A stretch of 64,000 nucleotides of DNA from Burkholderiales bacterium (GCA_019751125.1 JAIENU010000083.1:12621-76620), one strand, 5' to 3'; positions 45,462 to 55,115 are shown, counted from the stretch's first letter. Notes: generated by a model not told the origin, from the sequence alone. Numbers and translations: made by a program.

Positions 45462-48400
45462 ATGAACCGCCTGCTCCGCCGGCTGTTGGTCTCCGCGGCA
45501 ATCGCGATGATGGTGCTCAGCGCAGCCGCACTGCTCTGGCTGTCGTCGCCACTGGCACTGGAATGGGTCACGGCCCAGGCCATCCAGCGCAGCAAACAGC
45601 AGCTCCGGTTCGAAGGCGTTGAAGGCTCACTGCTCGGCGAGTTGCGCATCGCCCGCCTGCGTTATGACGGTACCGATTTTTTTGCCGAAGGCGAGGCACT
45701 GCGCCTGCGCTGGCAGCCCTTGCAACTGCTCGCCGGCCGCCTGAGCCTGGATGAACTGGCTGCCGGCACACTGCGCTACCGGAGTCATGATGCCGCATCA
45801 CCCGTGCTGCCCGACAACCTCGAACTGCCGCTGACCGTACGCATCCAGCGCCTTGACATCGAAAGCCTGCAATTCGGCAGCGCCCCGGAAATCCGCAAGC
45901 TGCGCCTGCGTTACCACGGCGATGGCCACCAGCACCGTATCGGCCTGCAGCAGACCCTGGTTGCCGCCTGCGCACTCGAAGGCGACATCCATATCGGCGC
46001 TGCGCGGCCCTTTGTCGCCGGCGGTCAGTGGCAGGCCCGCTGCGGTGAACAGGAAAAAAGCGCGGAGGCCCGCGTCAAGGTCGCCGGCAGCCTGGAACGC
46101 CTCGAACTCACCCTCGACGGCAAGGGACGTGGCGCCACCACCAGCGGCAGCGCAAGCCTGGCGCCGTTTGCCGCGCTGCCACTGTTGGCGCTGCAACTCG
46201 AGGCGGACAATGTGAATCCGCAATCCTGGCAGCAGGATCTGCCGCGCGGCGCGCTGAACATAAAAGTACAGGCCACCGCAAAAAATGATCAGCTGGCCGG
46301 CGAACTGACCCTGGGCAACAACCGTCCCGGCACCTGGAATGCCGGCAGCCTGCCGCTGGAACGTGCCACCACTCAATGGACGGTGCTGTGGTCAACACCG
46401 CAGCCGCGGATCGCCCTCAACACCATCGACATCGGCATCCCCGGCGGCGGTCGTATCAATGGCAGCGCACTCTGGCAACAAGACCGCGGCAGCGCCGACC
46501 TGCGGCTGCACGCGGTCGCCAGCGAGCGCCTCGACAGCCGGCTGCGTCCGCTGCGCATCGATGGCCGCAGCCGCATCGAAGGTGACACCCGTTCCCAACG
46601 CATCACGGCGGCACTGAACGCCGCCGGCGCCGCGCTTGATGCCCGGCTGGTGCATGATGGCAGGCAGTTACGCATCGAACAGGCCGAGTTGCGGCTGCGC
46701 CAGGGTCTGGCACGCCTCAGCGGCGAACTTGCGCTCGGCGGCCGCCAGGATTTCAAATTCGCCGGCGAACTGCAGCGTTTTGATCCCTCGCAGCTCGCCG
46801 CACTGCCTGCAGCCAGCCTCAACGGCCGCTACAGCTCCAGCGGCCGCCTCGCCGGTGCATGGCAGGCGCAGGTCAAGCTGGATCTCGCCGACAGCCGCCT
46901 GCGCGGGCTGCCGCTGAATGCCCATGCCGATTTCAGCAGCAGCGCCCGCCAGTGGTTTGACGGCAAGGCGCGCGCCGCCATCGGGCGCAACCGTCTCGAC
47001 GTCCAGGGCCGCTACGGCAGCCCCGGCGACCGCCTGACAGCGTCACTCGACGCGCCAGACCTGCGCGCACTCGATCCGGCATGGGGTGGCCGCCTGAACG
47101 GCGAAGGCGCCGTCACCAGCCGCAAAGAGGGTATGCAGATCGAGTTCCGGCTCGACGCCGCTGAACTCGTACTGGGCAAAATACAACTGGCCGGGCTGCG
47201 CACGAACGGCACGCTGGCACCTGGCAGCAGCGGTGCAATACAAATCCAGGCCGATGCGCGCACGCTGCAGTTTTCCGGACGGCGCATCGACAGCATCACG
47301 CTGAACGCCGGCGGTAACCGCACACGCCATGTCATCGAGGCCCGGAGCAGCGGCGCCGATCTCAATGCGCAGATGCGCGCCAGCGGCGGCCTGGATGCCG
47401 GCATGGTGTGGCGCGGCACACTCGAACAGCTTGAAGCGGGCGCGCCGTGGTCGCTGCGCCTCAGCGCACCCGCCGCGATCACCGCCGGTCGCGACCTGGT
47501 CACCCTCGAGCAATTCCGCGCCACGCTGCTGGGTGGCACGATCGGGCCACTGAAGCTGCGTCGCACCGCCGCCGGCCTTGAAAGCGAAGGCACATTCAGC
47601 GGCATCAACCCGGCACCGCTGCTGCCGAAGGATGGCGTGATCGAATCCACCGCGCTGCAACTCGGCGGGCAATGGGCCTTCAGTGCGGGCAGCAGCCTGA
47701 ACGGCCGCGCCGGCATCCGCCGGGAAAACGGCGACCTGCGCATCAAGGGCGGCCTGGGCGGCAGCAGCGCGCTGGCATTGGCATTACGCACGGCCCGCGC
47801 CGAATTCAATGCGGTTGACGGCCGCGTTGAAACCGCCATCGACATCGACAGCACGGCGATGGGCAACGCCGCACTGCGCGGCCAGGCCCGCGTCGTGCAG
47901 CGTGATGGCCGCTGGCTGATCCCCGGCGATTCCGTGATCAACGGGAGCGCCGCCCTCGACCTGAAATCACTGACCTGGCTGCGAACGCTGGCGCCGGCAC
48001 TCGACCGCATCGACGGCACGCTCTCAGCACAACTGCGTGCAGAGGGCAGCGCCGCGGCGCCACGCTTCTCCGGCACCGTCAATGGTGACCGGCTGCTGCT
48101 GCGCGCGGTCGGCCCCGGTCTCGACCTGCGCGACGGCCGCCTGCGCGCCACGCTCGAAGGCACGCAGCTGCGCCTCGCCGAGTTCGAGATCCGCGCCGGC
48201 CAGGGCCGTATCACCGCCGGCGGCAATGCCGAACTCGGCGGCGGCCTGCGCCAGCTCGAACTGCAGGCCAGGGCCGAGCGCGCGCAAATCCTCAATGCGC
48301 CACAATGGTCGGCGACCATCGACGGCAACGGCCGCCTCGGCCTGCGCGACCGCAAGCTCGCGATCGACGGCCGTTTCACGCTGGAGGAAGGCCGCTACGA

Positions 48401-49193
48401 CCTCGGCAACCGCATCCGCCCGACACTCGGCGATGATGTCGTGGTCCGCTCGAAACAGATGCCGGCGACGGCACAGGCAAGGGTGCTGCCGCTGCAACTC
48501 GACCTCGGACTCGACCTCAACAACAGGCTGACGCTGCGCGGCAACGGGCTCGACGCCCTGCTCGGCGGCGCCATCCGCGTCACCAGCGCCGGCAGCGGCC
48601 TGTCGGCCACCGGCTCGGTGCGCACGGTGCGCGGTAATTACCAGGTCTTCGGCCAGACACTCGAAATCGAACGCGGCACAGTCAGCTTCAACGGCCCGCT
48701 GACCAACCCCGGCCTCGACCTGCGCGCGACACGCAAATTTTCGACTGCAGAGGTCGGCGTCGAAGTTGGCGGCTCGCTGCGCCGGCCGGCAGTAAAGCTG
48801 GTGTCAAACCCCGACATGTCGGATTCCGACCGTCTCGCATGGCTTGCGCTGGGCCGCGATCCGCAGGGCTCCGACCGCGCCCAGCTCGGGGTGCTGCAGG
48901 CCGCGGCGCTGAGCCTTGCCGGTGGCGGCGGCAAACCGCTGACCGGCCGCATCGCCGAGGGTGTGGGCCTCGATGAACTCGGTTTCGGCGGTGGCGAGGA
49001 AGGTGCGCTGGGTGTGGTGGCGCTGGGCAAACGCCTGACCGACCGCCTCAGCGTGCGCCTCGAACAGACCCTGGGCGGCACCGCCGGCAGCCTGCTGCGC
49101 ATGGACTACTACCTGTCGGAACGCTGGCGGCTGCGCGGCACCGCCGGCGCCCAGAACGCCGGGGACATCCTGTTTACCTGGCGATTTGACTGA
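45462..49193 (+). CDS. tamB: Translocation and assembly module inner-membrane-anchored subunit (DUF490 C-terminus)
   Basis: 1243 aa from ATG 45462. The N-terminal anchor is 'LLVSAAIAMMVLSAAALLWL', followed by a long beta-rich, repeat-like body. The C-terminal part ('..GPLTNPGLDLRATRK...LGKRLTDRLSVRLEQ..') is typical of TamB. Confidence 0.85.
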   Translation: MNRLLRRLLVSAAIAMMVLSAAALLWLSSPLALEWVTAQAIQRSKQQLRFEGVEGSLLGELRIARLRYDGTDFFAEGEALRLRWQPLQLLAGRLSLDELAAGTLRYRSHDAASPVLPDNLELPLTVRIQRLDIESLQFGSAPEIRKLRLRYHGDGHQHRIGLQQTLVAACALEGDIHIGAARPFVAGGQWQARCGEQEKSAEARVKVAGSLERLELTLDGKGRGATTSGSASLAPFAALPLLALQLEADNVNPQSWQQDLPRGALNIKVQATAKNDQLAGELTLGNNRPGTWNAGSLPLERATTQWTVLWSTPQPRIALNTIDIGIPGGGRINGSALWQQDRGSADLRLHAVASERLDSRLRPLRIDGRSRIEGDTRSQRITAALNAAGAALDARLVHDGRQLRIEQAELRLRQGLARLSGELALGGRQDFKFAGELQRFDPSQLAALPAASLNGRYSSSGRLAGAWQAQVKLDLADSRLRGLPLNAHADFSSSARQWFDGKARAAIGRNRLDVQGRYGSPGDRLTASLDAPDLRALDPAWGGRLNGEGAVTSRKEGMQIEFRLDAAELVLGKIQLAGLRTNGTLAPGSSGAIQIQADARTLQFSGRRIDSITLNAGGNRTRHVIEARSSGADLNAQMRASGGLDAGMVWRGTLEQLEAGAPWSLRLSAPAAITAGRDLVTLEQFRATLLGGTIGPLKLRRTAAGLESEGTFSGINPAPLLPKDGVIESTALQLGGQWAFSAGSSLNGRAGIRRENGDLRIKGGLGGSSALALALRTARAEFNAVDGRVETAIDIDSTAMGNAALRGQARVVQRDGRWLIPGDSVINGSAALDLKSLTWLRTLAPALDRIDGTLSAQLRAEGSAAAPRFSGTVNGDRLLLRAVGPGLDLRDGRLRATLEGTQLRLAEFEIRAGQGRITAGGNAELGGGLRQLELQARAERAQILNAPQWSATIDGNGRLGLRDRKLAIDGRFTLEEGRYDLGNRIRPTLGDDVVVRSKQMPATAQARVLPLQLDLGLDLNNRLTLRGNGLDALLGGAIRVTSAGSGLSATGSVRTVRGNYQVFGQTLEIERGTVSFNGPLTNPGLDLRATRKFSTAEVGVEVGGSLRRPAVKLVSNPDMSDSDRLAWLALGRDPQGSDRAQLGVLQAAALSLAGGGGKPLTGRIAEGVGLDELGFGGGEEGALGVVALGKRLTDRLSVRLEQTLGGTAGSLLRMDYYLSERWRLRGTAGAQNAGDILFTWRFD

Positions 49194-49306
49194 GAACCGC
49201 AATTAATCGCCTCAATTGATATACAAGAAGCAGCCAATTCCCTAGAATGAAATACGGTAAAACACAACAAAATCAACCAAAATAGGCACAACGGAGGAGA
49301 ACAACC

Positions 49307-50286
49307 ATGAACAAACAAAACAAGCGTCTGGTACTCGGATTGATCGGCCTTGCCGCGGCTGTCTGCTCCGGCGTCGCTGCCGCCCAGGCGCAAAACTGGC
49401 CCAACCGCGCCATCCGTGTCATCAATCCCTTTGCTGCGGGTGGCGGCACCGATGCCTTTGCGCGCCCGCTCGCTGCGCGGCTCAACACCGAACTCGGCCA
49501 GCAGGTGCTGATCGAAAACATTGGCGGCGCCGGCGGCACACTGGGTGCAGGCACCGCATCACGCGCACCCGGTGACGGTTACACCTGGTTCATGGGCGCG
49601 GTGCACCACACCATCGCCGAAACGCTGTACCGCAAACTTGCCTACAGCCTCGAGCGCGACTTCCATCCGGTGACTGTCGCCGCCTACGTGCCGAGCCTGG
49701 TCGTGGTGCATCCCTCGATTCCCGCGAAAACGGTGAAGGAACTGATCGCGCTGGAAAAACGTTCACCGGGCAAGATCAACTTCGGCTCCGCCGGCGTCGG
49801 CACCACGCACCACATGAACGGTGAACTGTTCAACGTGTTGACCGGCACAAAACTCAACCACATCCCGTTCAAGGGCGCAGGCCCGCTGACCCCGGCCCTG
49901 CTCTCGGGCGAAGTCGACATGGCCTTCGACGGCATGGGCACCGCAGTACCCAATGTGCGTTCCGGTCGCCTGCGCGCCATCGCCGTAACGCCAAACGCGC
50001 CGAGCTGATGCCCGAAGTGCCGACGCTGATGGAATCCGGCATCAACATGGATGTCACCACTTGGTACGGCCTCTGGGCAATCAAGGGTACGCCGCGGCCG
50101 ATCATCGACCGCATGTACCAGGCCACGGTCAAGACCATGGCACTGCCGGAAGTCAAAAAGATCTGGGATTCACTCGGCGCCGCCCCCGGCGGACAAAGCC
50201 CCGCCGAATTCGAGAAGTTCATCAAGCAGGAAATTGCCACCTGGGCCAAGGTGGTGAAAGCTTCCGGTGTCAAAGTCGAAAACTGA
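49307..50286 (+). pseudogene. Bug-family solute receptor gene interrupted by a -1 frameshift (or a sequencing error)
   Basis: ORF 49307-50008 (233 aa, Bug N-terminus) and ORF 50008-50286 (92 aa, Bug C-terminus) are adjacent in different frames. Frame 1 ends '..LRAIAVTPNAPS*'. The second frame read back from 50008 gives 'KRAELMPEVPTLMESGI', matching '..TTAKRSPQIPEY..' and '..TTKKRIPSLPYVPTL..' in the intact paralogs. Adding one base near 49990-49996 (run 'ccaaacgc') restores a receptor of about 325 aa. Confidence 0.7.
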
Positions 50287-51604
50287 CACGCAGGAAGCCA
50301 CCGGTGAAAAAACCGGGCTGCTGACACGGCTGTGGCATGGACTCACCTCGCGCAGCCGCACGCTGCGCGACCGGCGGCGCCAGAACTGGCTGGCCGATGC
50401 CATCGAAACGCTGTACTCCGAGACCGGTGAGGCCTCGGGTGTCGCGCTGGCCCGGCGTATTCTCGACCGCTACGCAGCGCTGCCGCCGGAAGGCAAGCTC
50501 GAGTTCCTGCAATTGCTCGCCACCCGTTTCGCAGCCGATCCGCAACGGCTCGACGGCGCGATCCGCGCCTACTTCGCCGACCCGCACCCGGCAATGATCC
50601 GCCAGGTGCACGAAGCCTCGGAAGCGCGGCGCCTCGAACTGCTGCGCCGGCTCAATTTCGCGCCCAGCGGCACCAAGAGCCTGTTGCACATGCGCGAGGA
50701 CCTGATCGACCGCCTGCGCGAGCATCCGGAACTCGGCGAAGTCGATGCTGATTTCGAGCACCTGTTCCGCTCCTGGTTCAACCGCGGCTTCCTGCAAATG
50801 AAGCCGATCGACTGGCATACACCCGCGGTGGTGCTGGAACAGATCATCCGCTACGAGGCAGTGCATGAAATTTCGGGCTGGGGCGACCTGCGCCGCCGGC
50901 TCGACCCGCCTGATCGCAAGTGCTTTGCGTTTTTCCATCCGACACTCGCCGACGATCCGCTGATCTTCGTCGAGGTTGCGCTGACCCACGACCTGCCCGA
51001 CGCGATCGCGCCGCTGCTCGCCGACGGCCGGGTGCCGATCAATCCGCGTGCGGCGCGCACCGCCGTGTTTTATTCGATCTCGAACTGCCAGCGCGGCCTG
51101 CGCGGCGTCTCCTTCGGCAATTTCCTGATCAAGCAGGTGGCGGCGGAACTGAAGCGCGACTTCCCGCAGCTGCGCACCTTTGTCACGCTGTCGCCGATCC
51201 CCGGCTTTATCGGCTGGCTGAAGCGCGCGCGCAAAGACGATCCGCTGCTGCCGGAAATCACCCGCCCCGACTGGCATCTGGATCCGATCCTGGAGCAGCA
51301 ACTGAAACCGGCGCTGCAGGACCGCATCGCCGAATACCTGCTCGAAGCCAAGACCGAATCCTCGCGGCCGGTCGATCCGGTCGCGCGTTTCCACCTCGGC
51401 AACGGCGCCAGCATCGAGATGATCCGCTGGCTGGGTGACCCCTCACCCAAGGGCATGCAGAACGCCGGCGGCTTCATGGTCAACTACCTCTACGACCTAG
51501 ACAACGTCGAGGCCAACCACGAAGCCCACGTCAAACACGGCACCATCTTTGCATCGCCGCGGGTGCGCGCGATGCGCCTGAAGCCGGCGAAAAAAGAGCA
51601 GTAA
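50267..51604 (+). CDS. Malonyl-CoA decarboxylase family protein
   Basis: 445 aa. Matching regions are 'LLRRLNFAPSG', 'DRKCFAFFHPTLADDPLIFVEVALT', 'AVFYSISNCQRGLRGVSFGNFLIKQV' and 'FVTLSPIPGF', typical of MCD. The GTG start at 50267 is uncertain and overlaps the Bug pseudogene tail by 20 nt. Confidence 0.8.
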   Translation: MSKSKTDTQEATGEKTGLLTRLWHGLTSRSRTLRDRRRQNWLADAIETLYSETGEASGVALARRILDRYAALPPEGKLEFLQLLATRFAADPQRLDGAIRAYFADPHPAMIRQVHEASEARRLELLRRLNFAPSGTKSLLHMREDLIDRLREHPELGEVDADFEHLFRSWFNRGFLQMKPIDWHTPAVVLEQIIRYEAVHEISGWGDLRRRLDPPDRKCFAFFHPTLADDPLIFVEVALTHDLPDAIAPLLADGRVPINPRAARTAVFYSISNCQRGLRGVSFGNFLIKQVAAELKRDFPQLRTFVTLSPIPGFIGWLKRARKDDPLLPEITRPDWHLDPILEQQLKPALQDRIAEYLLEAKTESSRPVDPVARFHLGNGASIEMIRWLGDPSPKGMQNAGGFMVNYLYDLDNVEANHEAHVKHGTIFASPRVRAMRLKPAKKEQ

Positions 51605-51610
51605 CAAAAA

Positions 51611-51636
51611 AACAAGGCGCCTTCCGGCGCCTTGTT
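51611..51636. terminator. Bidirectional intrinsic terminator
   Basis: An 11-bp stem, aacaaggcgcc/ggcgccttgtt, carries a ttcc loop and is preceded by an A-run. It lies between the convergent MCD and SET genes. Confidence 0.6.
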
Positions 51637-51666
51637 CATTGGTCCCGCCCGGCCCTCTTTACACCG

Positions 51667-52215
51667 TCAGCGTTTTTTCCCGAGCAGGGTGCCGCGGCAG
51701 CCGCGCGCGCCGCAATGGCAGGGATGCTCACGCTTGAGCTTGGGCGTGTGGCGCTCTTCCAGCACCAGGTGGTAATCGTAGAACAGCTCCTGGCCCGGCT
51801 TGATCGGACGAATCGCGTCGATGAACACGCGGCCATCCTCTTCGTTCGCCTCGCAGTTCGGTGCGCAGGAATGGTTGATCCAGCGCGCCGGCCCGCCGCG
51901 TTTGGTCGCGTCGATCACCACTTCGTCGGTGGCGGCAAACAGCATGGTGTGTGAATTGCCGTCATGCAGGTCGCCATACAGGCGGTCGGCCTTGGCGTGC
52001 GAGATGCGGTCACCGGTGTATTCGATGATGCGCGCGCCCTTGGCAATGCTGTTGACCGCAAACACGCCGCGGCCGTGGATCGGCGAACGGCGAACAGCAA
52101 TGCGGGGTTTTGCCGCCTGCGCCGTCTTGCTTGCGGATTTTTTTACTAAGCCATTGTTTTTAATGGTTTTTTTTGATTTCTTGCTGGAGGTGCTGCCGGT
52201 CTTTTTACGGGTCAT
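51667..52215 (-). CDS. SET-domain protein-lysine methyltransferase-like protein with Lys-rich N-terminal tail
   Basis: 182 aa. SET motifs are 'IHGRGVFA', 'IIEYTGDRIS', 'RWINHSCAPNCEA' and 'ELFYDYHL'. A post-SET-like cluster reads 'CHCGARGCRG'. The N-terminal tail is 'MTRKKTGSTSSKKSKKTIKNNGLVKKSASKTAQAAKP'. Confidence 0.85.
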   Translation of the reverse strand: MTRKKTGSTSSKKSKKTIKNNGLVKKSASKTAQAAKPRIAVRRSPIHGRGVFAVNSIAKGARIIEYTGDRISHAKADRLYGDLHDGNSHTMLFAATDEVVIDATKRGGPARWINHSCAPNCEANEEDGRVFIDAIRPIKPGQELFYDYHLVLEERHTPKLKREHPCHCGARGCRGTLLGKKR

Positions 52216-53981
52216 CGCTTGCGTGGGGTCTGTGTGGTGATTTTGGTTTTGAGGAAAACAAAGTCGCAGCCCTCATCGGCCTGCGTGATCTGCTCCATGA
52301 ACAGCTTGCGGTAGCCGCGCTCGTCGCCAGGCCGCGGCTTCGGCGCCTTCCACGCCTTGCGCCGCTTCGCTAGCTCAGCATCGCTGACCAGCAGTTCGAG
52401 CCTGCGTGCCGGCACGTCGAGGCGGATGCGGTCGCCGTTCTGCACCAGCGCGAGATTGCCGCCCACCGCCGACTCCGGCGTCACGTGCAGCACGATCGCA
52501 CCGAAGGCGGTGCCGCTCATCCGCGCATCGGAGATGCGGATCATGTCCTTGACGCCTTTGGAAGCCAACTTTTTCGGAATCGGCAGATAACCCGCTTCAG
52601 GCATGCCCGGCGCGCCGATCGGTCCGGCATTCTTCAGCACCAGGATGTCGTCGGCCTTCACATCGAGCTTCGGGTCATCCACACGCTCGGCCATGTCGGG
52701 CAGCGACTCGAACACCACCGCGCGGCCTTCATGCTTCGTCAGCTTCGGATCCATCGCCGCCTGCTTGATGATCGCGCCGCCGGGCGCCAGGTTGCCGCGC
52801 AGCACCGCGATGCTGCCGCCGGCGAACACCGGGTCCTTGAATTTGCGCACCACCTGCTGGTCCCAGGCCGGCGTCGCCTCCGCCAGTTCCTCGCCCAGCG
52901 TCCTGCCGGTCACGGTCAGCGCCTTCAGATTCATCTGGTGCTTGATCTCGCGCAGGATGGTGGCAAGGCCGCCGGCCTTATAGAGATCTTCCATATAGCC
53001 CTGCCCGGTCGGCTTGAGGTCGACCAGCACCGGCGTCTCGCGGCCCATCTTGTCGAAGGCTTCAAGGTCGAGCTTGATGCCGAGGCGCCCCGCCATCGCG
53101 GTCAGGTGAACAATCGCATTGGTCGAGCCGCCGACAGCGAACAGCACACGCAACGCGTTCTCGAAGGCCTCGACGGTCATGATCTTGTCGGGCGTGAGTT
53201 TTTCCTTGGCCATCGCCACAGCGCGCGCGCCGCTGGCTTCGGCCTGGCGCAGGCGGTCGGCCATCACTGCCGGCACGCAGGCCCCTCCCGGCAGCATCAT
53301 CCCCATCGCCTCGGTGCACAGCGCCATCGTGCTCGCGGTGCCCATCACCATGCAGGTGCCGGCCGAGGGCGCGAGCTTGTTGTTGATCTCGCCGATCTCC
53401 TGCTCGGAAATCTCGGAAGCGCGGTACTTGCCCCAGAAACGGCGGCAGTCGGTGCAGGCGCCGAGGCGCTCGCCCTTGTGGTCGCCGGTGATCATCGGCC
53501 CGGTGACCAGCATGATCGAGGGAATGTTGGCGCTGGCGGCACCCATCAGCAGTGCCGGCACGGTCTTGTCGCAGCCGCCGATCAGCACCACCGAATCCAC
53601 CGGCTGGCCGCGCATCATCTCCTCGGTGTCCACCGCCATCAGATTGCGCAGGTACATGCTGGTCGGGTGGGCGAAGGATTCGTGCAGCGTGATCACCGGG
53701 AATTCCACCGGCAGACCGCCGGCAAGCATCACGCCACGCTTCACCGCCTCGATCAGGTCGGGCACATTGCGGTGGCAGGCATTAAATCCGCTGAAGGTAT
53801 TGGTGATGCCGACGATGGGCCGGTCCAGCGCGTCATCGGTGTAACCCATCGCCTTGACGAAGGCCTTGCGCAGGAACAGCGAAAAACCCTCGTCGCCGTA
53901 GGCGGTGAGGCCCTTGCGCATGCCGGTCTTTCGGACCGCAGTTTTGCCCGGGGATTTACCCGCACTTTTTTTGGTGGCCAT
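52212..53981 (-). CDS. IlvD/Edd-family dehydratase (sugar-acid dehydratase-like)
   Basis: 589 aa. Matching regions are 'PIVGITNTFSGFNACH', 'VLIGGCDKTVPALLMGA' and 'GTCMVMGTASTM'. It is closer in layout to the arabinonate/xylonate-type family than to canonical IlvD. An alternative start at the internal 'MRKGLT' would remove a Lys-rich 20-aa extension. Confidence 0.85.
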   Translation of the reverse strand: MATKKSAGKSPGKTAVRKTGMRKGLTAYGDEGFSLFLRKAFVKAMGYTDDALDRPIVGITNTFSGFNACHRNVPDLIEAVKRGVMLAGGLPVEFPVITLHESFAHPTSMYLRNLMAVDTEEMMRGQPVDSVVLIGGCDKTVPALLMGAASANIPSIMLVTGPMITGDHKGERLGACTDCRRFWGKYRASEISEQEIGEINNKLAPSAGTCMVMGTASTMALCTEAMGMMLPGGACVPAVMADRLRQAEASGARAVAMAKEKLTPDKIMTVEAFENALRVLFAVGGSTNAIVHLTAMAGRLGIKLDLEAFDKMGRETPVLVDLKPTGQGYMEDLYKAGGLATILREIKHQMNLKALTVTGRTLGEELAEATPAWDQQVVRKFKDPVFAGGSIAVLRGNLAPGGAIIKQAAMDPKLTKHEGRAVVFESLPDMAERVDDPKLDVKADDILVLKNAGPIGAPGMPEAGYLPIPKKLASKGVKDMIRISDARMSGTAFGAIVLHVTPESAVGGNLALVQNGDRIRLDVPARRLELLVSDAELAKRRKAWKAPKPRPGDERGYRKLFMEQITQADEGCDFVFLKTKITTQTPRKR

Positions 53982-54087
53982 GATGGGTCAGCTTTCAGTG
54001 ATCTTGGAGAGTTGCCGCGGAGCCGCAGGATAGCGGCAGGGGCAAAAAGGGGCAACAAGGCGGGAGGGCCATCAGCCCCCCCCGGGC

Positions 54088-54876
54088 TCAGCTGCCCTTG
54101 AAATTCGGCGCCCGCTTTTCGATGAAGGCGCGCAGCGCCTCCTTCGTGTCCTCGGTGCCTTTGAGCTTGTTGTTCATGGTGTTCTGCAGCTCGAGCTGCT
54201 GCTCGACATCCTGCATCCAGGCGCGGCGCAGCGCGACCTTGGTCATCTGCACCGCGACCGGCGCCTTGCTGTTGATCTTCGCCGCCAGCGCCATCGCCTC
54301 GTCCATCAGCCGGTCATGCGGCACCACCTTGGTCGCCAGCCCCCAAGCCAGCGCCTGCTGGGCGTCGAAGGGCTCGCCGAGCAGGCAGATTTCGGCGGCT
54401 TTGGCGTGGCCGACCAGCCGCGGCAGGTACCAAGTCGAGGTCTCGCCCATCAGGCCGCGTTCGACAAAATTGACGCCGAAGTTGGCGGTATCAGCCAGGA
54501 TGCGGAAATCCGCGGCGAAGGCCATGTTGCAGCCCGCGCCGCGGGTGACGCCATTCACCGCCGCGATCACCGGCTTGGTGATCTGGCTGAAACCGATGGC
54601 GTAGTAGTACTTCATGTCGAACAGCGGCTGCGGCGAAGAACCGCCGGCACCGGATTTTTCCGCCTCGGCGCGCGCCTTGAGGTCGGCGCCGGAACAGAAA
54701 CCGCGGCCGTTGCCGGTGACCACCAGGGTCCACACATCCGTATCGGCCTCGGCGGCACGCAGCACATGCTCCATTTCATTGCGCATCACGTTGTCGATGG
54801 CATTGAGGCGCTCGGGGCGGTTCAGGCGCAGCACGCCGACATGGTCGCGCACTTCCCACTGGATGGCTTGATACAT
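54088..54876 (-). CDS. Enoyl-CoA hydratase/isomerase (crotonase) family protein
   Basis: 262 aa. Matching regions are 'LNRPERLNAI', 'VVTGNGRGFCSGADLK' and 'AAVNGVTRGAGCNMAFAAD'. Confidence 0.88.
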   Translation of the reverse strand: MYQAIQWEVRDHVGVLRLNRPERLNAIDNVMRNEMEHVLRAAEADTDVWTLVVTGNGRGFCSGADLKARAEAEKSGAGGSSPQPLFDMKYYYAIGFSQITKPVIAAVNGVTRGAGCNMAFAADFRILADTANFGVNFVERGLMGETSTWYLPRLVGHAKAAEICLLGEPFDAQQALAWGLATKVVPHDRLMDEAMALAAKINSKAPVAVQMTKVALRRAWMQDVEQQLELQNTMNNKLKGTEDTKEALRAFIEKRAPNFKGS

Positions 54877-55087
54877 CGCAAAACCTTTCTCGACCGGAAC
54901 GGGTCAAAGTAGTGAAGGAGCGGCGGATTCGCGCACACGCAATGGCGCAATGTGGAACCGCACGCAATCAAACACCCGGAGAATAAATCACGCCAACTGT
55001 CAAGGCCAGCGGCAACGCGCAAGCACCACCAAACATCCGCAGAACGAACAAAAAAATCAGCAGCTTGCATGACCCGCAAAAATCCAC

Positions 55088-55115
55088 TTGCATGGTTCTG
55101 GCGGCGGCGCATACT
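55088..55115 (+). promoter_or_regulatory. Weak sigma70-like promoter candidate for nrdJ (-35 TTGCAT, 16-nt spacer, -10 CATACT)
   Basis: The hexamers were found by eye about 70 nt upstream of ATG 55183. This is speculative. Confidence 0.2.
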
